Source of the DNA: an uncultured virus (IMG/VR IMGVR_UViG_3300031760_000011) | Lineage: Duplodnaviria; Heunggongvirae; Uroviricota; Caudoviricetes | Virus record (IMG/VR): IMGVR_UViG_3300031760_000011 | Reading direction: 5' to 3' (one strand) | DNA length: 64,000 nt | Shown here: in pieces, positions 56,290-64,000 of the stretch | How the letters are laid out: the number at the start of each line of letters is the position of its first letter | How positions within the stretch are numbered: the stretch's first letter is position 1 | The notes under the pieces: generated by a model | Seen by the model: only the letters and a program-made list of their open reading frames with translations | Database searches by the model: none | Told to the model about the DNA's origin: nothing | Translations under genes and position numbers: made by a program

Positions 56290-59064
56290 TCAGTAGCGAT
56301 AGATTACGTTAAAATTACTATTGAGCAATCGTCCTTCGTATTCCTCAGAACCTCTCAACAGCATAACATCGACATCGTTTTGGACTGTATCTGAGTGTGA
56401 TATCATAAACGCCTGCTCGCAGTGGATACCGTCTAGCAATCGGTTTAAGATATCTGTAAAAATCCTACGTTTATCATAGTCGAGACATCCGTCTATCTCA
56501 TCAAACTTAGCGATGTTAAACGAATTAGCGACATCTGGTACTTGCTTAAGTAATGCGAGCGAAATCACTGTACAGAGCATCTGTCTTTCAGCGTCACTGC
56601 ACTGTGATGCATCCTTGCAAGAATTAGGATCTCCACGGAAGATTCGAATGATAAAGTTCTTGTCGTCAATCTCAAAGTCTGAAATGTAGAAACTGTATTC
56701 ACTGAATATCTCTGAGAGATACTGGTTTGCATCCGCTATAAGCGTCGACATAAACCTGTTAATGAATACCAGTGGCACTCCTGTTGTCGGTGACCAGCAA
56801 TCACGCAAAGTCGACAGTAAGTCGTAATCCTTCGTAAGTTCTTCTCGTCTGTTGTCAAACTCGTCAAACCTTCTTAGATTATACTGCGCAGAACTAAGTT
56901 CCGAATTACACTGCATAAGCGTTTCTTCCGAACCTGAAATGCGGGCGTTTAGTTGTCTCAGGCGATCTTCGAAGAACCGTGCAGCAATGTAGTGCTTCTT
57001 CAAGCGCTTCATCATTTGGCGATTTAGATTAAACTTACGGAGACCATCCACTATTTTTTGTCTCAACTCTATGACAGACCGCAAGTTTGTGATTCTATCT
57101 CGCAACTCCACCTCAGCATCAATCAAAGCCGAGTTATCGTTATGCAGTTGTTCGAGTGACTTCTCAGTATTATGTACGGTAACTTCCATGTCAGCAATCT
57201 CTTTTTTCTGCACATTTACGCTGTCATAATACCCCGCAGCCTTCTCGATAAGGTCTTTAACTTTCACTAGTTCTTGACAGATTTCAATCTTTCTATCATT
57301 GAGATGTGCAAGCTCAGACCATTCTCTTGCATGAGGGAGTAAAAATGCAGTATTTCTGAAAATTTGCTTTGTATCAGAAAGTATCTGATGGTCTGGAAAC
57401 TTCGAGTACAACTCAATGTATTTATTGATAGATTCTTGGAAACGATATGTATCAACTGCAAATGATTCTGCTTTTATGCGGAAGTTATTCCAGTCATCAA
57501 TCTTTCGTTGAACGTCAGCCATCTCATTAGTAATTCGAGAAATCTTTTCTCGAATGCTTTTGTCTTTTGATATGACGTCCTTGTATCTGAGAGCAGCTTC
57601 GATAAAAGGGCACTTGTGATTTTCGCAATTTACTTTTTCAAGCAAACTCACGAAAGTAACGCTTCCACCAGTCTCAGCTAAGAGTTTTGTCATAGCATCA
57701 TGCTCAGCTTTCAAGTTATCATATTGAAGTATAAGTTTGTCTGAGTAATCTGAAGAATACTCTTCTGCAAGTTCTCCAGTGACCCATTTATTGAGGATAT
57801 TTCCATACCCATACATCTTGCTGAGCTCATCAATACGATTCATGACTGTATCTATGAACACAAGATATTTCGTAGCATCGTCTGAGTTAAAAAGTAATGA
57901 ATCTCTATCAATGTCAGGATATTTCGAAACGATTGTATCTATAGAAGAATCAATCTGAACCAGCTCATCGTTGAGAACTTTGCTAGATTCAATGAACTTT
58001 TGAGGGTCGTTGTTTTCTGTGTACTGCTGAAGCATAGTTCTTTTAGTTTCAAGAGTATCTTTCAACGTATTGATTGACGACTTAATTTCAGCACATCTTG
58101 AGTTGTAATTCTCAAGCTTAACAGTCATCGTTGTGTGATTTGTATTGTACTCATCCAAGATATTTGAGTACTCTTGAGCAGATAAACTTGTCTGAAGTTC
58201 CAACTTATCACACAAGTAAGTGAACGAAGCGTTCATTCTGTGAAGTTCTTCAACTGATGAATTATTGAACTTAACTTTCTGCTGGTAAACTTCTGAAAGC
58301 GGTTTACCATTTACTGATAGAACCTGCAGAACGTTCTCAGTCTTCGACCGAATAGACCGTAGCCAGTTCAATTCTTCTTCAGAAAGGTCTTTCTTTTCAT
58401 TCAGTGAATCTACAGAAGCCTCAATCTTTTCACGGTCATCTCCGAGTTTATGAATCTCAGAAGTAATCGTAGAGATGTCATTCTTTAGCTTACTGTGATA
58501 CTTCGCAGTATCTTTGTACATCTTGAGATACTGGTCGATGTCTGGAACGAAGTTAGAAATCATCTGTTTACGTCCAGATGGTGTCATCGTGATAATCGTA
58601 GACATACTAGCGCCAATAAACATAAGCTTCTGAATATTCTTCGTCAATCCAAAGTTTATTTCAAGCTGTTCTTCATATGAACGAACGTTACCAGAAGGAT
58701 TAAAATCTTTCAACTCTTTCTTACCGGATGCATCAGTCTCGAATAAGTAAGCCTTGGTAGTATTATCAATCCAGTAACACTTTGAGACGTAGTATTTATC
58801 ACCGTTTACAAAGTAGATTTCACGAGCACCATTACGATGTCCATCTTTATCACGAATGATAAAATCATTCGGCTCACGTAATGCTGAGATAATGTCTGTA
58901 AATAAAGTCAATGATTCGAGAAATGATGATTTTCCAGAACCGTTATGACCAAGAATTAACGTAATTCTATTCTTGCACTTTGTGAAATCTATCTCGAAGT
59001 TTTTAAGATGTAAGCCATACCAAATACCAACGAAGTTTTCGAATCTTGCTCTAAGGTATTTCAT
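56290..59064 (-). CDS. sbcC: SbcC/Rad50-like SMC ATPase
   Basis: GHNGSGKSS Walker A, long coiled coils, CENHKCPF hook-like motif, FDEIDGCLD Walker B/D-loop, ISH. Confidence 0.92.
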   Translation of the reverse strand: MKYLRARFENFVGIWYGLHLKNFEIDFTKCKNRITLILGHNGSGKSSFLESLTLFTDIISALREPNDFIIRDKDGHRNGAREIYFVNGDKYYVSKCYWIDNTTKAYLFETDASGKKELKDFNPSGNVRSYEEQLEINFGLTKNIQKLMFIGASMSTIITMTPSGRKQMISNFVPDIDQYLKMYKDTAKYHSKLKNDISTITSEIHKLGDDREKIEASVDSLNEKKDLSEEELNWLRSIRSKTENVLQVLSVNGKPLSEVYQQKVKFNNSSVEELHRMNASFTYLCDKLELQTSLSAQEYSNILDEYNTNHTTMTVKLENYNSRCAEIKSSINTLKDTLETKRTMLQQYTENNDPQKFIESSKVLNDELVQIDSSIDTIVSKYPDIDRDSLLFNSDDATKYLVFIDTVMNRIDELSKMYGYGNILNKWVTGELAEEYSSDYSDKLILQYDNLKAEHDAMTKLLAETGGSVTFVSLLEKVNCENHKCPFIEAALRYKDVISKDKSIREKISRITNEMADVQRKIDDWNNFRIKAESFAVDTYRFQESINKYIELYSKFPDHQILSDTKQIFRNTAFLLPHAREWSELAHLNDRKIEICQELVKVKDLIEKAAGYYDSVNVQKKEIADMEVTVHNTEKSLEQLHNDNSALIDAEVELRDRITNLRSVIELRQKIVDGLRKFNLNRQMMKRLKKHYIAARFFEDRLRQLNARISGSEETLMQCNSELSSAQYNLRRFDEFDNRREELTKDYDLLSTLRDCWSPTTGVPLVFINRFMSTLIADANQYLSEIFSEYSFYISDFEIDDKNFIIRIFRGDPNSCKDASQCSDAERQMLCTVISLALLKQVPDVANSFNIAKFDEIDGCLDYDKRRIFTDILNRLLDGIHCEQAFMISHSDTVQNDVDVMLLRGSEEYEGRLLNSNFNVIYRY

Positions 59065-59078
59065 ATAAACCTCCAATA

Positions 59079-59090
59079 TAGTCTGTTGTT
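59079..59090 (-). promoter_or_regulatory. AACA-N6-TA late-type promoter
   Basis: AACAACAGACTA. Confidence 0.65.
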
Positions 59091-59092
59091 GA

Positions 59093-59104
59093 CTGAGATT
59101 TCAG
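59093..59104. promoter_or_regulatory. Operator-like palindrome between divergent promoters
   Basis: CTGAGATTTCAG. Confidence 0.6.
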
Positions 59105-59111
59105 CCTCGAA

Positions 59112-59123
59112 AACACTCATCTA
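59112..59123 (+). promoter_or_regulatory. AACA-N6-TA late-type promoter
   Basis: AACACTCATCTA. Confidence 0.75.
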
Positions 59124-59149
59124 AATCTTAAATATTTTAGGAGAAAACT

Positions 59150-61480
59150 ATGAATAGCGCATTATTGTCGAGTGTGTTAGATGACGCAATCGAAGATGTT
59201 ACCAATGACGAGCGAAAGTGGTTCGAATCTGGACCTACGTTTGAAAATACTGAAGATATATCTCTGAAGTTCGCTACTCTTAAGTGCGAAGTTGCTGACG
59301 TTGGCATTGAAATGAGTCTCATTGATGCTGCATATGAAGTTGCTGAGTCAGACGTCGGCTACGCTATCAATATGGAAGGTGGCATTGGAGATTTCTTCAA
59401 GTCGTTCGGTAAAGTTCTTCTGAAAATCGGAAAGTTCATCATCAGTCTTATTACATATCCGTTCCGTCTTATCTATGGTTTAATCACCAAGAAAAAGATT
59501 GGATTCTGGATTGGTGGCGATGATGAAGGCGGCGGAGGAGGAAGCGACGGTGGAGTATCAAATGGTATTCTAGCCAATGAACTTTCAATGCCTACAGACA
59601 TTCCAACGCGTGTTCGTGACATGAACGAGATGCTCAAAATTCAGGGCATCTATACGTCAAAAGTTGAAGGGACTGTCAAAGACCTTCAGGACAACTTAGC
59701 ATTCATACAAGAGTTCACTAAGAATGTGAATACCGATAATCTTGACGAAGACCTCAAGAAACTTGATGATCGCGTTTCGAAATATATCGGCGGAGAAAAT
59801 GGTAAAGGCGGAGCAGTTGCTGATGTTGCAAATTATGCTAACTCTATGGATGCAATAAAGAAGCAGGCTATATCAACTGATACGCCATCAGTAAAAGTGG
59901 CTCAGGCTCTGCAGGATGCATTTAATGCTCTAAAAGAAGTTGGAAATACTAAGAATGATTCTGAAAAACTCAAAGCTGCGATTGAAAACCTCATGAAGGT
60001 TATTGACGGACTTGAAAAGAGCTTCATGAATATTGCAGACATCGGTCGTGATGTATCCGGAAAGTCTATTGGTACTGGTGCTCTCAATAAAGCCGACACA
60101 AATGCTGGAAAAGATGAAAAGGAAACTGAAAGTATTGCAAAGAAAGCTAATAACACTCGTGTTGAGTGTGTAAAGAAATTGCGCGACTTCTTGAAAGTTA
60201 CACGTGAGATTCTCATGCATATTGCGACAGCGAATACAACGTTTTCAAAGAGCATTGCTGAAATCGTAGATAAAACAAAATCTCTTCAGACAGTCGTTAA
60301 GTCCATCGGTGAAGGTAAAGGCTCAGCATTAAACTTCAAAGGTGTTCCTGCGATGCTTGGTCAAAAAGTAGATTCGATGTTTGACCTTGAAGTGTGGACT
60401 TTGCAGAATGACAATATTGCTAACTTCTTCGGAGGTGCATTTGTAACTGAAAAGATACTTTCTGAGAAAGGCATTAAAGACCTCGAAGCGAAGATGAATG
60501 AAGTTATTAACAACAACGGCAAAGAAACTGATGCTGAACAGAAGACTCGTATGAACTTCGCTGATGTCGAATGTATGCCTCCGCTCATCATTATCAGTCA
60601 GAAAACTCTTGAGTTGAAAGATTCAAATAATGCGTTGTATCGTTTCATCATCGGGCATGAGGCAACACATACTGTTGTCGAACGTGGAATGGGTACGAAA
60701 AATAAGAATGGAGAGTTCGAGCAGGATTTACATGATGATGCTGCTGAAACTATGGCAGATAAAGGTGGCATAGGTGTAGCTTATGATACTGAGAATAATC
60801 AAGCATTAAAGTATGAAGACCTTATATCTTTCTACAAAATTGCTTGTCAGAGCATCGTGAGTGGAGCTTCAGCAGTTCGTCAGCAGTATGCTCTGACAAA
60901 TGATGCTATTAACTGTAATATCCAGAAAGCTCAGCAGTCTATGACAAACCGCTGGACTTGGCTCAAGGTTGCGGCTGAGAAGCTCAAGCAAAATAACGAC
61001 AGTAATCCTCCGCTGTTTGCTGAGAATGACCCTGATGCTACCAAACTCAAGGCAGAAATCATGGAGTTCTTGAATAATTCTGCGAAAAACGCTTTCTCTA
61101 CTCCTAATACGGATGATGAAAAGAAGTATTACGCAGAGATTCAACAGAAGCTTACTGATTATGCTAACAAAAGACTTCCTGCTCTTCGTAAAGACGTTGA
61201 GTTTGACAAAGAGTTCAAAGATTCATTCATCCGTACAGAAATCTATGGTCTCTTTGCAAAAGCAAAAGGACAGTATGAGCGTGCTGGTGGAAATCACGAT
61301 GCGCGTGAGAACCTCGAAAAAGAATGGAATGAACTCTGGGGTAACAACGCCGCTAACGTTGAGAAGTTCTGTGCCGAAGTTAAATCTCTTCAGGACAGAT
61401 ATAAATCCGAAGGATATCCTTCTGGAAAAGGAAGTTCTCAGCAACCGCAAGGTAACCAGAAAAAGAAAGGTAAAAAATAA
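59150..61480 (+). CDS. Internal-head-family protein with HExxH zincin-like metallopeptidase domain
   Basis: TFE/NME propeptide then GIGDFFKSFGKVLLKIGKFII; FIIGHEATH and downstream AETMAD. Confidence 0.65.
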   Translation: MNSALLSSVLDDAIEDVTNDERKWFESGPTFENTEDISLKFATLKCEVADVGIEMSLIDAAYEVAESDVGYAINMEGGIGDFFKSFGKVLLKIGKFIISLITYPFRLIYGLITKKKIGFWIGGDDEGGGGGSDGGVSNGILANELSMPTDIPTRVRDMNEMLKIQGIYTSKVEGTVKDLQDNLAFIQEFTKNVNTDNLDEDLKKLDDRVSKYIGGENGKGGAVADVANYANSMDAIKKQAISTDTPSVKVAQALQDAFNALKEVGNTKNDSEKLKAAIENLMKVIDGLEKSFMNIADIGRDVSGKSIGTGALNKADTNAGKDEKETESIAKKANNTRVECVKKLRDFLKVTREILMHIATANTTFSKSIAEIVDKTKSLQTVVKSIGEGKGSALNFKGVPAMLGQKVDSMFDLEVWTLQNDNIANFFGGAFVTEKILSEKGIKDLEAKMNEVINNNGKETDAEQKTRMNFADVECMPPLIIISQKTLELKDSNNALYRFIIGHEATHTVVERGMGTKNKNGEFEQDLHDDAAETMADKGGIGVAYDTENNQALKYEDLISFYKIACQSIVSGASAVRQQYALTNDAINCNIQKAQQSMTNRWTWLKVAAEKLKQNNDSNPPLFAENDPDATKLKAEIMEFLNNSAKNAFSTPNTDDEKKYYAEIQQKLTDYANKRLPALRKDVEFDKEFKDSFIRTEIYGLFAKAKGQYERAGGNHDARENLEKEWNELWGNNAANVEKFCAEVKSLQDRYKSEGYPSGKGSSQQPQGNQKKKGKK

Positions 61481-61486
61481 GGAACT

Positions 61487-61504
61487 GGGGAGCCTAGGCT
61501 CCCC
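61487..61504. terminator. Terminator between convergent genes
   Basis: GGGGAGCCTAGGCTCCCC. Confidence 0.8.
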
Positions 61505-61510
61505 GTCCTT

Positions 61511-62911
61511 TTATTCTTTTCCTACAAGCATATCACAGATGATATCAAGAGTAGATTCAATCATGCCGAATGATTCCAAATCTACAATCTCTGATGTGGA
61601 CTTTTCTTTGAGCTGCTCTTCGGTGCACATATTTGCACCGAGCATAACCTTGAGTGTGCAGTCATAGCGAGCATTTGCAGCATCAGTACGAATAGGAGCA
61701 TCCTTCCATTTTGTAAGAACTTCCTCACGATTCTCACATTCATCGCCGAGCTTTGCGAGTGTATTCATGCTTTCTTTCAGCTTTGCTCGATAAGATTTGA
61801 TTGATTCAATAACCTCAGGTTTATCCTTGAGATATGAGGCTATTCTTGAAGCAAAATCCATCTTGGCACGGTCCTCGGTATATTTCTTTACCTTCTCACT
61901 GTAGAGAGCGTTGAAACCTTCCAGCATTGACGTTTCTTCGAGATACTTCAAGAACGTTGTCTGGAACATCTGAATCTCGTGACCGTCAAGTTTGCCTTCT
62001 GAGCGGAGATGCTTCACATACAACTCGATGTAGCTTCTGAACTCGGCGTAACTGAATACGACGTTCCAGAACTTGTTACGTTCTTCGGCCGCCATGAGCA
62101 TCTTGTAATACTTGAGGTACTCGGGATTCTCAGATTTACCGTCCCAACCATCAAAGCCTTCAGGTTTGTCCATACCAACGTTGAGGTCGAAATCTGTCTT
62201 CAGCACGATATCAGAATCAGACTCAGTTTCCGCAACAGCATCAGCCATTTCGATGTACTCGGGCTTAAACATGTGAAGCAGCGTAGCGATTCCAATGAAA
62301 ATCATTCCGCCATTGTCTGAGAATTTCTCATCTTTGAGATGAAGAACCAAACCGTTCATGACAGCATCTTGCGGTTCATCAGGATGCTCTGGGTCAAACA
62401 ATGCAATTCCTTCAGTCTTGAAAGAATAACTGATGATATCACTCTTTTTGATTTTGAGTGACAAATTGACACGTGCTGATGTAGACCCATAATCAAACAC
62501 ATCATCACCAGAGAAGATGCAGCGAGAAGCGTTGTCGCCGCCAAACTGCTTCAGCGTCTGAATCTTAGCATCAAGCTCGTCTTCAGTAACGCTGTAGTCA
62601 AGTTTGATTTTGTGTTCCATATCAGTCGGATTGTCTTCAGGAACCGGTACATCTTCCAACACCCAGTGAATATTCTTGCGAGATACCGACTCGGTAATCT
62701 GAATTCCGTTGCGTTCATAAACGATGATAACTGCCGTTGCTGCCTTGCACGCCTGAAACTCTGTCAGAATATCGTCAATGATTTCTGTGGTAAACTTTTC
62801 AGGCGTTTTTGCAGTGAGCATAATCATGTCTTTTGTCTTGATAGGTTTTACTCCACCATTGATGATTTCATCAATGTATTTGTCGAACCTGCGACATCTT
62901 ACGTCAAGCAT
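61511..62911 (-). CDS. Hypothetical protein
   Basis: 466-aa ORF, RBS AGGAGG. Confidence 0.85.
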   Translation of the reverse strand: MLDVRCRRFDKYIDEIINGGVKPIKTKDMIMLTAKTPEKFTTEIIDDILTEFQACKAATAVIIVYERNGIQITESVSRKNIHWVLEDVPVPEDNPTDMEHKIKLDYSVTEDELDAKIQTLKQFGGDNASRCIFSGDDVFDYGSTSARVNLSLKIKKSDIISYSFKTEGIALFDPEHPDEPQDAVMNGLVLHLKDEKFSDNGGMIFIGIATLLHMFKPEYIEMADAVAETESDSDIVLKTDFDLNVGMDKPEGFDGWDGKSENPEYLKYYKMLMAAEERNKFWNVVFSYAEFRSYIELYVKHLRSEGKLDGHEIQMFQTTFLKYLEETSMLEGFNALYSEKVKKYTEDRAKMDFASRIASYLKDKPEVIESIKSYRAKLKESMNTLAKLGDECENREEVLTKWKDAPIRTDAANARYDCTLKVMLGANMCTEEQLKEKSTSEIVDLESFGMIESTLDIICDMLVGKE

Positions 62912-62946
62912 AAATAAGTCCTCCTAAGGATACTGTGATTATTAGA

Positions 62947-62956
62947 ATAATGTAAC
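62947..62956 (-). promoter_or_regulatory. Putative early/middle promoter motif GTTACATTAT
   Basis: Upstream of 62911. Confidence 0.45.
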
Positions 62957-62975
62957 TTTATTCGTCAAATTAAAA

Positions 62976-62999
62976 TCTCCCTAGCCGAAGCTAGGGAGA
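62976..62999 (-). terminator. Terminator with C(UUCG)G loop
   Basis: TCTCCCTAGC/GCTAGGGAGA. Confidence 0.85.
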
Positions 63000-63007
63000 C
63001 CGTTTGA

Positions 63008-64000
63008 CTATTTGCCAATGAGACAGAATTGAATACGCTGAACCGCTTTCGGAGAAGACTCTTTCAAGTTATAGAGTCCAGCAAGGTTGTACTTATTTCC
63101 AGCCTGCGGAAGTTCAGTCAATCCGTAGCGAGACATCGGGTATATAATCTCACAAAGGTTCTTCGGATTGATGAGGTACTCGTGGTCAATACCGTTAAGC
63201 AAAATCATCTCATTGTGTGAATTGAACGTATTGAACGTTGCTTTCATCTCGGTTCCGCCGTAATTCGGTACGTAACCCCAGTCAGTATGCATGACAGCAA
63301 TCTTGTCTGAATCTTCAGCAGTGAAGTTAATCAGAGTAAAGTTTGAATAGACAAACTCATTGAGAGAATCTTTCAAGAAGTTATCTTTTGCTTTCACAAG
63401 AGCAATGTATCTTGAAATGTCTTCACATACGATGACGTGTTTGTCTTTTGGGTCGACGTAAACCGAACCGTCAAGAATCGGGATTCCACAGAAGAGAAGC
63501 ATAAATGCTTTTGGATTGATTTCAATCGGGAAGTACATGCGCTTCGGAGGCTCAGACATATTTGTCTGCTTTCCACCTATCTCGTCGAACAGGTAAAGAG
63601 CTTTAATCTGAGTAGAAGCTTTGATTCCCTTCCAGCGGTACATTTTCACACGCATATCGTAGAACTTGTTGACTCTCGTCTCATGCTCAACAGAGTATGC
63701 ATAGATGAACGGACAGAACGGTACAGCGTCGTTGTCCTCAGTAACGAAGTTCTGAAGATAATCACCCACCATGAGCAATGTACTTGACGCTTTGTCCCAG
63801 AAGAGACGCTGCATAATGTACCCCATAACTGCAGGAGTATTCGTAGCTGTATCAGGACGTATATCTCCCAAGCGGATTGCGCACATCGGGTTGATGCTTG
63901 TAGTGTCAAATGTAACAAAGCTCGTTGCAACCGAAATCTCATCCCCGTTAAACTCAAATGAAAGTTTGCGGAGTGTAGCATAGCGAATAGCCGCGTCATC
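63008..64000 (-). CDS. Hypothetical protein (5' end outside window)
   Basis: Frame of ORF 63008..63886 stays open to 64000 (DDAAIRYATLRKLSFEF...). Confidence 0.8.
   Translation of the reverse strand, partial: DDAAIRYATLRKLSFEFNGDEISVATSFVTFDTTSINPMCAIRLGDIRPDTATNTPAVMGYIMQRLFWDKASSTLLMVGDYLQNFVTEDNDAVPFCPFIYAYSVEHETRVNKFYDMRVKMYRWKGIKASTQIKALYLFDEIGGKQTNMSEPPKRMYFPIEINPKAFMLLFCGIPILDGSVYVDPKDKHVIVCEDISRYIALVKAKDNFLKDSLNEFVYSNFTLINFTAEDSDKIAVMHTDWGYVPNYGGTEMKATFNTFNSHNEMILLNGIDHEYLINPKNLCEIIYPMSRYGLTELPQAGNKYNLAGLYNLKESSPKAVQRIQFCLIGK

Noticed and set aside
5834..59064. Bacterial chromosome origin (gyrAB, HU, FtsZ-like, SbcC)
   Set aside because: These genes are highly divergent and interleaved with terminase, portal, protease and capsid genes under phage-type promoters.
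233..63999. Numerous short antisense or alternate-frame ORFs in the track
   Set aside because: Shadows of longer genes, lacking RBS or promoter support.
1..64000. Stop-codon reassignment
   Set aside because: Long ORFs are intact in the standard code, and TAA, TAG and TGA all end genes.

Overview
This is a densely coding, standard-code fragment (roughly 40% GC by eye) of a jumbo myophage from the phiKZ/AR9(PBS1)-like supergroup. Recognisable replication and transcription genes: GyrB/GyrA-type topoisomerase II, the N-terminal half of a split family-B DNA polymerase, a T4-gp61-like primase, an SbcC/Rad50 ATPase, HU, an FtsZ/TubZ/PhuZ-family tubulin and a stand-alone RNAP beta C-terminal subunit. 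Virion genes: terminase large subunit, portal, prohead protease, probable major capsid, a gp13-like neck protein and several paralogous internal-head proteins with X-[MFLT]-E maturation sites. Also present: thioredoxin, an HD hydrolase and putative lysis genes. The non-coding DNA shows a readable regulatory grammar: (i) 16 exact intergenic AACA-N6-TA motifs, the AR9-type late-promoter consensus, mostly before virion genes; (ii) about 10 TACAT-N-AT motifs before non-virion genes; (iii) a 12-bp palindrome CTGARRYYTCAG beside six promoter regions; (iv) about 24 hairpin terminators. The best novelty candidates are two ~170-nt ORF-free transcription units (18523-18694 +, 37310-37138 -). Each has its own late-type promoter and 3' end, is strongly structured and carries anti-Shine-Dalgarno-like motifs, so they may be phage small RNAs. 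Other candidates are a virion-packaged HExxH metalloprotease, a possible PCNA-like clamp coupled to the split polymerase and an inverted, internally deleted head-gene relic. All protein calls come from motif recognition by eye, not from database searches.
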